DNA from: Felis catus
Lineage: Eukaryota
Direction of reading: 5' to 3'
Assembly: GCF_018350175.1 (NCBI RefSeq)
Contig: NC_058382.1
Location: 61,630,001-61,694,000 of the forward strand
Length of the DNA stretch: 64,000 bases
The notes under the pieces are model-generated. The model saw only the letters and a list, made by a program, of their open reading frames with translations, was not told where the DNA came from and ran no database searches. The position numbers and the translations under genes are program-made. This document shows, in pieces, positions 22,308 through 35,569 of this stretch (position 1 is the stretch's first letter; every line of letters begins with the position of its first letter).

Positions 22308-25300
22308 GTATGTATGTATATTTTAGCTTATTTATTTTGAGAGAAGAAGCACAAGCAGGGGAGGGGCAGAGAGAGAGAGGAGAGAGCGAGAATCCTAAGC
22401 AGGCTCTGCACTGCCAGGGCAGAGTTTGATGCGGGGCTCAAACTCATGAACCGTGATATCATGACATGATCATGACTGAAGTTGAAGTTGGACACTTAAG
22501 CCACTGAGCCACCTAGGCCCCACCCCCACCCCACCGAGTTGATGAAAATATTCTAAAATTAGATGATGGTGGTGGTTGCACAACGTTGTGAATACGCTAA
22601 AAGCACAGAACTGAATGCTTTAAAAGCATGAATTTTATGATATGTGAATTATACCTCAAAAGAAATCCTCAGGGGTGTCTGGCTGGCTCGGTAAGTAGAG
22701 CATAGGACTCTTGGTCTCGGGGTTGTGAGTTCGAGCCCCACTTTGGGTGTAGAGATTACTTAAAATCTTAAAAAAAAAGAAAGAAAATCCTCAGTGGAAA
22801 CAGCTTGATTTTGGCTGGAATTGAAGGGCAAATCCAGGAGGACTCAAGACATCCACTAACAATTGCTGTGCACCTACTATGCACCAGGCATCAGGCTCAG
22901 AGCCTGGGAGTGGGTAAGAGAAGTGTGACCTCTAGCACCTAGGTTTGGTCCTGGCACACAGTAGGTCCACCATAATGTTTGTTGAATGCACGAGCCAGCC
23001 CAACACCCAACCGCATAGTTACTAGACGGCTGTGCTAGGAATCACCTCTCCATGGATGAGACCCACAGCTCTTCCAGGGTATGAGACAGGAGTGAAAAGC
23101 AGGCACGGGGCAGGTGTGCTTGACAGCCAGGCTCAGCAGCCCCTGGGTCACCTAGGGCCAGGGGTGGGGTAGCAACACTGTGATTCTCAGCTCAGCACAG
23201 CCCCCGTTAAGCCCCTGCAGGGCCACTGCTGCGCTGCCCTGCCCTGTGCAGACAGCGAACCAGTGCCCCATGGGTACCGCAGTTGGGTTACCACAGTCCT
23301 GCCCCCCAGCACTGGTGGCTGATGTGAGTGGATGGATACGATAGGGTTACCTTGTGCCATGTGGCTGACCTATTTTCCGGCACATTTGTGTGAGCACTTG
23401 GCCCAAATTTCAAGTTCCCTGCTGCGTGCCCTGGGCCTTGCCCTAAGCACTGAGGAGGTGCACTGCACGAACAGTTGAACAAATTAATGAAGTGAATGAA
23501 TGAATATATATGACACAGTTGCAGTGGGGAGGGAGAGATGGTCACAGAGGTGGGGGGCACTCACACCCCATTTCCCCAGCCCCTTGTCCTTGGACTTTGA
23601 GGATGCTGGGTGGGCCTTGCCAAGGCTCAACCTCTTCGGTGCAGGGCCACGGCCTCTCCCTGTGGCTGTTCAGACAGACTTGGAGTCCGGTGGGCCACAA
23701 CCTTGGTTTTCCCCAGCTGGGGCCCTTCAAGAAGCGCACCGCCTCCCTTCTCATTTCCATGTCTGCGCACTTGGGTATGAAGACATTATTGTTGGGGTGC
23801 CTGGGAGGTTTAGTCGGTTAAGCGTCTGAGCTGGTTTCTGCTCAGGTCGTGATCTCACGGTTTGGGAGTTTGAGCCCCACGTCGGGCTCTGTGCTGACAG
23901 CGTGGAGCCTGCTTGGGATTCTCCCCCCCGCCCCCATCCCCGCCACTTCTCCCTCTCTCTCTGCTTCTCCCCCGCTCACACTCTCTCTCAAACATTAAAA
24001 AAAGAAATCATTGTTAATTTGTTTAGATGCAAAAGTGGACTTTTCCTTATGCTCTGTGAAGACCTGACCTTTTAGAGATACTTTCAGATGAAATAGTGTG
24101 TCTAGATTGGCTACGAATTACTACTGAAGGGAGGATGCTGGTGGTCTGGTAGAGCAGGCTGGGAAGTGGCACACAGAGCTCTACTGCACCGTTCTACTTA
24201 TTTGTGTGTCCCACATGCTCCAAAATAAAGTTTCCAAAAGTCAGTGAGCTGAGAGAATGACAGAGCCACCCATATGTGACCTCATGAGATCCCACAGAAT
24301 GGAGATCACCAGGCCACTGTGTAGGCAGGAAATGGCTACCAGGTAACAAGAGTTATGAGCCCCGTCAGTGTGGCCCCATCTGCCCCTGCCGTGTTCCCAC
24401 CGCTGCTCCTGCGCAGGGTGGGCACCTGATAAATACATGTTTGTGCACTCAGTAAGTGAGAGTCGGAAACTGAAATCACAAAGCCCCTCTCCCGACCAAA
24501 CACCTTCCCTCCTTACCTCTCTCAGGGCTCCCGCAGCCCTGCAGGGAAGTGAATCTGTCCCCACCGACAGAAGTGGGCATGAAAACTGAAGGCCAGGCTG
24601 CTTTCCCCCCATCTCCCAGTTCTGTGCTCCCCAGCCCTCACCTTTCCCTTCACATCCCCTCAAAGCTGCCACGGGGAAGTCCTGGGGTTCTGGGACTGTC
24701 AATAGCAAGAAAAAGGTGGATCCCTTCCACAAATGACAAGACAAAGAAAACCCACACGCACCAGCTCTGGGTGTGTCTGGTGGTGCTTGCAGGGAGGGTG
24801 ATAAGGTCCTCCAGACAGTTGTCTGGGACGCACCTGCCCAACTCAGACTGCAGACACAGCAGTGGGTGGGCCCATTGCTTCAGGACACCCCTCGGGGCCA
24901 TCCCTTTGGGCTCCAGATGAGGTCGCTGATGTGGCTGGTGTCCCTCCACAGGTCCCTGTGCGGTCAAGAGTGGCTCCCTGGGATGGGACCTCCAGGAAAC
25001 CCATGATGCATCTGGGGCCTGGCCAGGCCGGTGGAGGCGCTGATGGCGCCCAAACACTCTTCCTGAAAGGACTCTGAAATGGGGTTCCTAGAGTTTTCCT
25101 CTCACCACCAGCTGCCACCCTGCCTGGGCCAGACTCCAAGAGGGGAGACCTTGGTAGAATCTCAAACGCCAGAGTCACCGGGAGCTGACAGAGGCTTCCA
25201 GGAGGTCTCCGTGCACACCTGCCCTCCCAGATGTGAGCGCCCTGTGCCTCACCCAGGCCGACAACCCCGGCTAGCCTGGAGGCAGGCGCCCCGAAGGCCC

Positions 25301-25916
25301 TGCCGGGTGCGCTGCCCCCCCCCTCCCCCCATCCACCCAGGGCCTGTCCAAGCGCGGTGCCCTGCAGGATCCCAGAGGCGGCCTCCCTGCCCGAGCCCCC
25401 GGTGAATAGCGACTTGGGCGAACAAAGCAGATGCGCGGCCCAGGAGGGCAGCGTCGACCCCACGCCTCGCCGACCCGGACCCCAAACCACGGCCCAGACA
25501 CACCCATGCCCTGACCCCCAGAACCCCGGCTCTGCTGGGATGGGGTTCGGCACGAAACTCTGGGCCAACCACCCAGGAGCGCGCCTGGCGGCTGCCGGGG
25601 CCTGAAGCTCAGAAGACAAGGGGGCGGGGACGCGGTGTGTGCGCCCCCCGCCTAGCGCGGGGGCCGTTCCCGGGAGATGCCCCCGGCGTGGCTTCCCCGG
25701 CGGCAGGCCAGGCTTTCACCCGCTCCGGCCAGGCTGGACTCGGAGCTACCGGTGGGTGTCTGCGGCCCCCGGGAGCGGCCGATGAGTGGGCCCTGGGCCG
25801 GGAGAGGTGGGAGGGGGGGAAGGGGCTATGCTGGTTGCGGGGAAGGAGAAGCTCGGGGACTTCTAGGGACTGGGGCCACACTCACCTCCGGGGCCGGCGC
25901 CCTCCGGGGGCTCCAT
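17374..25916 (-). CDS. DBNDD1: Dysbindin domain-containing protein 1, 158 aa, join(25886-25916, 18964-19110, 18464-18604, 17374-17531)
   Basis: Exons of 31+147+141+158 = 477 nt with GT-AG junctions and consistent phases; [24 protein letters not shown]...[39 protein letters not shown]...[11 protein letters not shown]. Confidence 0.96.
18464..18604 (-). CDS. DBNDD1: DBNDD1 coding exon 3
   Basis: ccgcag|AG CCC CTG AGC...CCA GCA G|gtgggc; dysbindin-domain core. Confidence 0.96.
18964..19110 (-). CDS. DBNDD1: DBNDD1 coding exon 2
   Basis: ttgcag|AA ATG GTT AAG...AGG CGG C|gtaagt. Confidence 0.95.
21330..22790. mobile_element. L1M 3' remnant interrupted by several SINEs and a (CA)n microsatellite
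   Basis: L1 3'-UTR-like motifs; SINEs at about 21730-21910 (+), 21915-22125 (-), 22320-22520 (-) and 22672-22785 (+); (CA)n 22268-22304. Confidence 0.75.
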
Positions 25917-26620
25917 GCGGCCAGCGGGGTCTGGGAGGGGCGCGGGCGGCGTCGGCGTCACCCGGCCCGGGCGCCCCTGCAGCTGCGGCGGCGACGCGGC
26001 CCCAGCTCCCGGCGCAGCGCATCGGGGCAGCAGCCGGGGGGCCGCGGCGGCGGGGAGGAGCCCGCGGGGCGGGGCGCGCAGCTGCTCCGGGGCCCGGGTT
26101 CCCCCTAGCATCCTCCCCCCGAGCCCCGCAGCACAGGTGCGGCCCCGCCCGGCCCCGCGCGCGCCCCCTGCCGGTCCCGGGCCCTGCGGACCGTGTCTCC
26201 CGCTGCGGACCCTGGCGCATCCGGCGGCGGCGTCCCATCGCGGGTGCGGCTCTAGCGCCCTCTGCGCCCCCAGCGCGCACGCTCCTCCCGCAGCCGCGCC
26301 GACTTCCGTCCATTTGTTCACCCCCAGATATTTATGGGGTGCCAGCTACTCGTCGGTGCTTCGCTGGCCATGGAGGGGAGGCACGAGGAGAGGCAAAGGC
26401 GGCGCCCACACCCCTGGCCTGTAAGCAAAGATTTGCAGATTGTGGCTAATACTATGGAGAACACATGTGGGTGGGGTTGGGCGGGAGTGTAACGGCGAGG
26501 CCGGAGTGGGGCGCGGGTGGGGGAATGGGAGGTAGGGAGGTGGGAGCGGGCAGCCAGGGCGCCCCGGGAAGGCAGGCAGGATCCGGGCGCGTCGAGAACC
26601 GCAAACACACGCCCCTGGAA
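25250..26620. promoter_or_regulatory. CpG island / DBNDD1 promoter and first exon
   Basis: Very GC- and CpG-rich with several GC boxes; contains the DBNDD1 start codon; boundaries approximate. Confidence 0.85.
25886..25916 (-). CDS. DBNDD1: DBNDD1 coding exon 1
   Basis: ATG GAG CCC CCG GAG GGC GCC GGC CCC GGA G|gtgagt inside a CpG island. Confidence 0.9.
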
Positions 26621-27291
26621 TGCGTCCCTGTGTCAAGTTCTTTGTGCGCAGTATCTCATTAATTCTCCCAGAGATCCAAAGAAGACGGTGTCCTGTTTTT
26701 CCAGGCGCAGACGTTGAGCACAGAGAGGGTAGGTAAGCTGACCAAGGCTGCACAGCCAGGCACTGGAAGCCAGAGGGTCCGATTCAAGCCCAAAGACTGC
26801 ACTTTTATAAAAACAAAACCAACCACGGAAGAGCATCAGGGAGAAAGAGTTTGTACCCAGCTGGGAGTGAAAAAGGCCCGCAGAGGAGGGAGGTGGGTAT
26901 GAACTTGGTGTTTGCAGGACAGGCACCCTCTCAAAGGCAGGTGGTCCGGACAGTTTCGGCCACTCGAGGAAGGCCCTCGCTGCCCAGCCCAACTCCAGTC
27001 ACGGGGAGCCCACAGCCTTTGAGAGTGAACAAAACCTGCAGTTTGCAACCTTCTAAAATGATTTCGTGACCCTGTAGAACCAGCCCTTGCTGTGAGCCAC
27101 TGGCCTCCATGTGACCCCAAAAGGCAGAGATTTGGCTTTCCAGGGACAAAACTGAGTTCTAGGCTGGGTGGTGGGGCCATAAGCAAGCCAGTGAGTGCCC
27201 TGGGAAGTTGGGACAGGGGATAGGTACTGGCTGTTCAGAGTGAGCTGGGGTGGCAGATTGTATTTTCTCAAAATGGTCACATTGGTATTTC

Positions 27292-27324
27292 TTTAAAAAT
27301 TTTTTTTTGATGTTTTTAGTTATT

Positions 27325-27359
<35 letters not shown>

Positions 27360-27530
27360 ATGAGAGGGAGAGGGGCTGAGAGAGAGGGAGACACAGAATT
27401 CGAAGCAGGCTCCAGGCTCCAAGATGTCAGCACAGAGCCCGACATGGGGCTCGAACTCAGAGACCACGAGTGAGATCATGACCTGAGCTGAAGTCGGACG
27501 CTCAACCGACTGAGCCACTCAGGCACCCCA
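27292..27530 (-). mobile_element. Felid SINE
   Basis: Consensus match; TSD attggtatttct. Confidence 0.9.
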
Positions 27531-27559
27531 GATTGGTATTTCTGATTCCATTTCCAGAA

Positions 27560-28010
27560 CCTTTCCACTCCCCTCAAGACATTCCCTCACCTATACTTTT
27601 CCTGCTTGAACCTGGGCAAGCCTTGTGACTGCTCTGGCCAATAGAGTGTGGCAGAAATGATGCCATGTGACTTCAAAAGTTGGGTCATAAGGGAGATTCA
27701 CCTGTCCCTCAGAAGACCCCCTGGAACCTGGCCACCTTATGTGAGGAATTCCAGGCCACTCAAGACGTCAATGTGTGTGTTCTGGCCAGCAATAGCCAGC
27801 AGACCGGACTTAAGTCCTCAGGCCATGGGGCAGACATGAGACCCGCCTTTGAGCCACCCCTCTGGGGGTGTTCTGTGGAGCTGAGGTGAGCTGTCCCCCA
27901 CTGAGTCTTGGCTGAGTTGTAGACTCATGAGCAAAACCGATATTGTTACTGTATCAAGCCATTACTTTTGGGGATAACCTGTTATGCAGCCACAGTAACT
28001 GTAATGGCAA
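27560..28010 (+). mobile_element. MLT1-like LTR remnant
   Basis: gccttgtgactgctctggccaatagagtgtggcagaaatgatgcc...ttttggggataacctgttatgcagc. Confidence 0.6.
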
Positions 28011-28688
28011 TTGTTTAATAATTTTCCCTATTTGAGAGATGGGTAGGTGGGTACAGAGGGGGTCTTGTCTAAGGCATTCCAGCTGGTGACCAGCAGGTGA
28101 TCTGATTCCAGAGCCAGTGTTTATTTATTTTGAACTTTTCATTAAGAACATTTTTAAACAAAAGGAGAGAGAATAGCACAATTAACCTGCTTGTACCCAA
28201 CACCCAGACTCAGCAGTTACTAACTCATGGCTGATCATCTTTCCTCTCTACTATCAATTACCTCCCTTCATTGCTGGATTTTTTTGAAGCAAATCCTACA
28301 CATTATATAATTTCATTTGTAAATACTTCACTATTTATCTCTAAATGAGAGTCCAGTCTTCTCAAGTCCTCCGTTATCTTTTTTTTTTAAAGCTTATTTA
28401 TGTAATTTGAAAGAGAGAGAGAGGGAGAGAGAGGGAGGGAGAGGGAGGGAGGGAGACAGAGAGAGAACAAGCAGGGGAGGGGCAGAGAAAGAGGGAGAGA
28501 GAGAATTCCAAGCAGGCTCCTTGTGGTTAGTATGGAGCTCGACACGGGGCTCGATCCCACGAACCATGAGATCATGACCTGAGCTGAAATCAAGAGTCAG
28601 ACACTTAACTGACTGAGCCCCCCAGGTGTCGCTGAAGTATTCTATTACCTTAACACCCAGGCATCTGTTGAGTTGACGTAGTGGTCTG

Positions 28689-28721
28689 CACTTGATCTTA
28701 GCCAAAAGGCCGAGAAGTGAT
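28689..28721 (-). pseudogene. Tailless U2 snRNA retropseudogene (5' ~33-36 nt)
   Basis: Minus strand ATCACTTCTCGGCCTTTTGGCTAAGATCAAGTG is U2 nt 1-33 with one CpG-type change; flanked by 15-bp direct repeats tga(c/t)gtagtggtctg at 28674-28688 and 28727-28741. Confidence 0.9.
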
Positions 28722-29744
28722 GATGATGATGTAGTGGTCTGAAGCAGTTTACCTAACTGACCAAGGCAGCAGGCATGAGGAAGAGGCAGACATTAGACAA
28801 TATGGTCAGGGGGTTTGTCTATGTTAACATTTGCTCTGTGATTTTGCAGGAAACTCAGATGCCATTTATCTGGGTTTCGGAGCTGCACAGCTTGATGCTG
28901 AATAAAAGTATCTTGAGCCACACATGTGAAGAAAAGGCTCTTTTCTAAGAATCTGAACTCAAATCCAATATGAAAAGCACAGGTCACTGTGGGCCTGTCA
29001 GGAGCCCGGGGAGTTGTCAGCCAGGGCTCTCTGTGGAACGATAAACTAAGCGATGCTGCTGCTTTTGACAAATGAATTCCCTGTCTCGTTATCCTGAGCT
29101 CACCTTCTTTTTCTTGCCCTTTTTGCTGAAAGGAATTCTTGTTAATGCATTTATTTAATTCAGAACTCCCAGACTTCTAAAGCAAAAAAGCCAGTCAGCA
29201 TGAGGCACCTAGCATATTGGGTCTGTCAAAGTAAGAGTTAAATAACAATAATTACCCCTCCGTGTTACCCAGCTGCACTGTCTCGCCCGCCAAATTCCCT
29301 CTGGGAGGCCCTGGCATTGGGGGAGGAGGCCCCTATCAGGCCAGTGGTGTAGGCACAGGGACGTGACCAGACCTCACAAAGGCGTCAGGGCCTGCTATAA
29401 ATAAATCATGGCTCTGTGCAAGGTGGGTCCTTCCAATTGGCTGGTCCAGTCCAAGAGCAGTCATGGCTTCTGTGGGTAAACCAGGAAGCCCCTCAGGGTC
29501 CTCACTGTGGCTCTCGGATCACTGCCTGTGTGTGTGTGCCTGGGGCCTAAGCAAGCCCAGCTAAGGAGGCATCTTCTTCCTTGGGTGGGATTGGCAGATC
29601 CCTTCTTCATTACTCACACTTTGTCCCCAGTGCAACTCTCCAGGGTGAAAAAATTCTGGAATCTTCTCCACCCCCAAACAGATGGGAACATATGACCTGC
29701 TGCAAAATCACTAGTTAGGAAGATGTTAAAGGAGAGGGTGTGTA

Positions 29745-29966
29745 GGGGCGCCTGGGTGGTGCAGTCGGTTAAGCGACCGACTTCAGCCAGGTCACGATCT
29801 CGCGGTCCGGGAGTTCGAGCCCCGCGTCGGGCTCTGGGCTGATGGCTCAGAGCCTGGAGTCTGTTTCCGATTCTGTGTCTCCCTCTCTCTCTGCTCCTCC
29901 CCCGTTCATGCTCTGTCTCTCTCTGTCCCAAAAATAAATAAACGTTGAAAAAAAAATTAAAAAAAA
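29745..29966 (+). mobile_element. Young felid SINE
   Basis: CpG-rich and near consensus; TSD aaggagagggtgtgta. Confidence 0.93.
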
Positions 29967-30579
29967 AAGGAGAGGGTGTGTAAAGATGGGCACCTGCTTA
30001 TGACACATTCTTAGTCTTCTGATTGACAGGGAGTGATACACCTGGGCAACAGGGTGGTGGCAGGGGTTGGAAATTCACCTGCAGAATCATATAATGATTT
30101 GCAGTTTTCAGAGCAAGGGGTTGGGAAAGGGACCTCCTAAGGCTTTTTCTGCAGTGCCTGTCTGGAAACCCCTGGCAGAGGTTTCTAGTTTTTCCTCACC
30201 ACGAGGACCGGGGGCCACAGAGGAGGCCTCCTCTGGCAGAGCAGTTTGTTTTTGAGGAGACACTTGCCGACTTCAAAACTTTGGAGCTAGCTGGAAAATA
30301 CTTTTCTTTCCTATTTTTGTTTTGTTCTGATGGTTCGCGGAAACCCAGCTACCTTCCACCCTCACCGCGGCAGCTGGTGGGAGGAATTTTCAAAGGTGGG
30401 CGGGGGTGTGGCCCAGGGGCGTAACCTCGGCCCAAATTTGAATCCGATTTGCATAGCGTCTGGGAGCCTTGGGCGGCTGATCTGTCTTTCCTTGCGGTCT
30501 CCCTCCTTCGTTGAAGGCACTCTTACTGAACACCTGGTATGTACTGTTGTTCTAGGCGCTGTAGGTAAGAAGTGGACGA

Positions 30580-31300
30580 AACACTTCCTCCCCCTCCGGG
30601 GAGCTTAAGTTCTAGTCGGGGAGACACGCAAAAAACACCATAATCCCCCAACGAAATGCGCTTAGGAGCTTCGGGAAGATCCAGAGTGCGGTTGACACCA
30701 GGCCGCCGCAAGACCTACTCGACTCGGGCAACCCCGGGTTCCGCCCAGCGCGAGTTGCTAGGGACTCGCCTCCGCGGCGGCGAGGGACTGTACCGGCTGG
30801 CCGAGTCTCGCGAGGATCTTCGAGGTTTCGCGCGGGACCGCCCATCGGTTGCCGGGAGACGCTGCGGCCTCCGTCGGGCGGGCGCCTCTGTCTGCAGGTC
30901 GCGGCGGGAATCCACCACGAGAGCTATGGTGAGGAGGCGCGGGGTACCCGGCTAGGGTCCCTGAGGGGGCCAGGGGCTCCTCGGTTAGACAGTCCTGCGC
31001 GCAGAGAGACCCCTGGATGGGGAGGCCTGGGGTCCCGGGACCTGTGCGCACTGAGACCCCAAGAGTGGGCAGGCTTGGAGCTCTGGGTTCCTGGAATTGA
31101 GGCCTTGGTGCTCTCCTGGCGTTCCCATGAGGAGAGCGTGGGGCGCTACGCTTGCCGCATCCCGCATCCCGCACGCACGTTGAGCTGAGAGATCTGGGAT
31201 CTCCAGGCTCCTGCGCTCACCGCACCACCCCCCCCCCCCAACCCCCGCGCCGAGATCCAGGGTTTGATGTGCAAGCCGTCCAGAAAACAGAACCTGGGAC
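30580..31300. promoter_or_regulatory. CpG island / GAS8 promoter with RFX X-box-like motifs
   Basis: CpG-rich; GTTGCTAGGGAC (30754-30765), GTTGCCGGGAGAC (30848-30860) and GACTCGGGCAAC (30721-30732) lie upstream of the ATG|gtgagg first exon. Confidence 0.8.
30926..30928 (+). CDS. GAS8: GAS8 exon 1 (ATG only)
   Basis: gagctATG|gtgagg in the CpG island; phase 0 fits exon 2. Confidence 0.85.
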
Positions 31301-32624
31301 AAAAAGATTTCCCATTTGTTATGGAAGTCTCAGTCCTCCCATCCTTGGGCCCTAGGGTCTGACATTATAGGGTCCCGTGGAGCACAGTCGGGGTCAGGGG
31401 ACACCCTAGGACGCCCAGTCTCTGGGATGGAGAGTCTGAGGCATACCGCAGTGGCTGGAGTTCCCGCTACAGCAAGGAGTACTGGACAGAGCCCCAGGAT
31501 ACAGGAACCGCTGTTTCCTTGGAGAACCCCGTGGGAGGCAGGCCTGTCCGAGCAAGACGGGGAGCTCACCGCCTCTCCAGTTCTTCCTCCTGCCTCTCTC
31601 CTGTATTGGGGCCCTCAGCTGCCCTGGCACCCATGGTATAGACGCGTTCAGTAGCGCATTTTCTGGGGTGTAGCCCGCGGGCCATCAGCTGGCGGGGAGA
31701 ATGCCTCTCCAAGCCCCTGCAGTTGGCTGTGAATTGCCAAGTAGTGGTGAACCTTTGGGACCTTCTGATGGGGTGGACTTCTCGAAGGAGGAAAGATTTT
31801 AGTGGATGGGTCTTTTAAAATCAGCTGGAAAAGATCGCTAAAATACTTCTGTGTATCGCTAGCTTGTGGGAATATGGGTGATTTTCCTATTCACTTTTTG
31901 CTTTTCTGTGTTTTCCGAGATATCCACGTAAAACTTTTTTGTAATCGTAAACATGTTACAGAGACGTGTAGACATGCATGTACACACATGAAAACATTAA
32001 TAGGGACGTTTAGACACACAAATATGTTACAGAAACATGTGGATTCATGCGCGTGCAAAAGCATGGGTCACAGAGTTGGGAGAAGTCTAGGCATAAAGAC
32101 AGGGATTTGGAACTTCGGTACCTGCTTGAGTGGCCCTTGAGAGGTGAGTGGAGGTGGGAGGTTTCTCTCATCTTGTCAAAGTTGTTAAAAGCAAGTGACA
32201 CTAAGAGCAGGTCCGTGTGGTGAACCATTTATAGCACACCCGTGGCGAGTGCTGTCTGCTTCAGCTCCTGACAAGGCTTCTTTCAAGGATTTATTTATGT
32301 ATTTATTTTAATGTTTAAAATTAATTAATAATAAATAATGTTTATTTACTTGTTTGTTTATTTAAATGTTTGTTTTTGAGAGAGAAAGAGAGACAGAGCA
32401 CGAGCGGGGACGGGGCAGAGAGAGAGGGAGACACAGAATCCGAAGCAGGCTCCAGGCTCTGAGCTGTCAGCACAGAGCCCGACGCGGCGCTCGAACCCAC
32501 GAACCGCGAGATCATGAGCTGAGCTGAACTGGGGTGCTTAACCGACTGAGCTACCCACATACCCCAAAGATTTTTTTTTAAGTTTATTTATTTTGAGGGA
32601 GAGACAGCGGGAGCGGAAGAGGGG

Positions 32625-32657
<33 letters not shown>

Positions 32658-35535
32658 TTTAGAGCCTGACATGGGGCTTGATCCCATAAACTGAGATCAT
32701 GACCTGAGCTGAAATCAAGAGACGCTTAACTGACTGAGCTACCCAGGCGCCTCTGATTCTCTGAAGCTTTATATTTGGAAGAAAGGAAGCCTTCTATTAC
32801 CACCTGTGATCATTGCTATGGAGACATTTCTCCTTAGACTTATTGAACAGTTTCTTGCAGGTTTCTCTATGGTGGTGACCAAGCATTATAGCCAACATAG
32901 TAACGTTTGGCAGTGTGGTACCGGGGTTTGTCCTGGCCAAGCACATTTTGCATCTACACCAAGGAGGTCTCTGCCACGTACCAAGGAATGGATTTGGAAT
33001 GAGTTCCCCGTCCCTTCCTTTCTGAGGGAGAAAATGTTCTCTTCTAAAAAGGAAGATTTTTTTTCCTTGTTTCTCCAGAGGTGTCAACAGAGAAATGTGT
33101 GGGTGGTGAAGGGTGGGGAAACCTTAGGGCGGAGTGATGTGCTCCAGGTGGGGCATGAGACAGTGAGCAGTAGGACAGAGGTACCACGACAGGTACTCCT
33201 CTTCCGGTGACCCCGGGAATTAATCAGAGCCAGGCCTCCCTGTCTTACCCGATCATCTCTTCTTTAATCAAAGGCGCCCAAGAAGAAAGGGAAGAAAGGG
33301 AAAACCAAAGCTACCCCGATTGTTGACGGGCTTGCTCCGGAGGACATGAGCAAGGAGCAGGTGAGCAATTAGGTCGGGATGGGACTGGCGAGTATCGTTC
33401 GGAGTTGTCTCTGGCTGTTTGTCTTTCTGAACTTCTTTTTTTTTTTTTTTAATTTTTTTTTTAACGTTTATTTATTTTTGAGACAGAGACAGAGCATGAA
33501 CAGGGGAGGGGCAGAGAGAGAGGGAGACACAGAATCAGAAGCAGGCTCCAGGCTCTGAGCCATCAGCCCACAGCCCGACGCGGGGCTCGAACTCCCGGAC
33601 CGCCAGATCGTGACCTGGCTGAAGTCGGACGTCTAACCGACTGAGCCACCCAGGCGCCCCTTTCTGAACTTCTTACAGACTGTTGCCCACTGCCTCCTTG
33701 TCCACCTCCCCTCAGTGTGCTCCTGCACTCGTGTCCAAACCAAGATAACACCTCTTCCCATTTCCATACTTTTCGTTGGCTCCAAAACTCTCAAGCACAG
33801 TACAGTTTAAAAAAGGCATCAGTACACTGAAGACATTTTTAAATAGGGTGGTAGCAATTTGGAAGGAAATGATTTTCCAAAATAAAAACTATTTTTAATT
33901 TTCTGTATATCCTTTCAGTCTTATCCTTTTATGCACCTGATGCTTACTGGGCTGTTATATGCGTATATAATATTGTTGTTTATTTTATTTGCATTAAACA
34001 GTAGGAATTATTTTAAGCCACTTACCCATCTTGGCGACATTAAGGACCAGAGAACGTAATTATCTAATTATAATTCCAGTGAAAAACTGCAGCACGTGGT
34101 GAACCATGAGAGCAGGTGTGGTGGCCCCTGCAGCCTGTGTTGGTGACTGACCCGTGAGTGTCTGCTATAGGCCTCTTGAGGGTCCCATGTCAGCTTGTGG
34201 GTTGGTGTTTTTTTTTTTTTTTTTTGTGGGTTGGTGTTAATAACTCCCTTGATAGTTTTAAGACATAAATACAAAGGAGACAGGGACAGTGACATGAGCT
34301 GAAGTTGATGAGCTGGACAGAGGCCCTTGTACACTAGTGAAGGGTTGCTTTATTTTACATGCAGGGGAACCTCAAGCAGTTTAAGGAGATGGTGATGGGT
34401 TCCGGTTTGTGTTTTGGAGAGAGGGTGGGGCTGCTGTGTGTGGAATGGACGGCACGTCATATTGCCATCAGTTGAGCTGCTTCTCGTCTCCCCGTTTACT
34501 TCTTGTCCCTGTGGATACAGAACTGTGACACGGCAGTGGTTAGGTTGCACATGTGGGCCCTGACACCTCAGAACTGTCTAGGGTCCAGGCAGGGGTGAGG
34601 GACTGGGGACAGCTGGGTGAGGGACTGGAGACAGCTGCAGTCAGTTCATTGGATGGTTACCTTGGGGGCACTGGGCTCCAGTGTGATCTGTTTTCTGCTT
34701 TTCAAAGAGAAGCTAGAAATCTGGATATTTAGAAGAAACCTAAATATTGAGGGAAATCTAAGACTGTGAGTCAATCGAACTAGGTAGGAGCCTGGTTTAG
34801 GCTGTCTGTTTGAGTCTAGATAGGAAAGGTCTGTGCCACGAGGACACTGTCATCTGCTGACCCCTCCTCAGACCCCCATGGGGAGCAAGCCCCACCCAGG
34901 TTCCCCACCGCAGAGCTCTGGTTGCCCCTCCTTGGGGGCTTGTTATCTTGGCCTTCTCTCTTCTTAAAGTTTTTAATTCATTTTATTTATTTATTTTTAC
35001 TTTTATCTTCTAATGTTTTATTTCTTTTTGAGAGAGAGAAAGTATGAGCAGTGTAGGGGCAGAGGGAGACGGGGACAAAGGATCTGACAAAGGATTTGCT
35101 GAGAGCAGAGAACGCGATGTAGGGTTCGAACCCATGAACCGTGAGCTCGTGACCTGAGCTGAACTCAGACGCTTAAGCAACCGAGCCACCCAGGCGCCCC
35201 TCCCTCTCTTTTTAAAAAATGTTTATTTATTTGTGGGGGAGAGGGGCGGAAGGAGAGAGAGGGAGAGAATTCCAAGTGGGCTCTACTTTCAGTGCAGACC
35301 GTGTGCATGACCCTGGGGTCATGGCCTGAGCCGCCATCAAGAGTCGGACGCTCAACCGACTGAGCCACTCAAGCACCCCTTGGCCTTCTCTTGAAGTGAG
35401 AAGTGTGGTTTCCCTGTGAGGAGTGGGGTTATCAGGAGAGAAAAACTTCACACTGAGTGGCCTGAAGTTGTACTCTGAAGATGACTAATTCTTGATGGAG
35501 ATGAAATTCCCAAGAAAGCCAAGAACCAGCCCCAC

Positions 35536-35569
<34 letters not shown>

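Noticed and set aside
24843..26449. Several 140-270-aa ORFs on both strands
   Set aside because: Stop-poor CpG island; only the 31-nt DBNDD1 exon is supported
28689..28721. Functional U2 snRNA gene
   Set aside because: Only about 33 nt of the RNA, no PSE or Sm site, and flanked by a TSD
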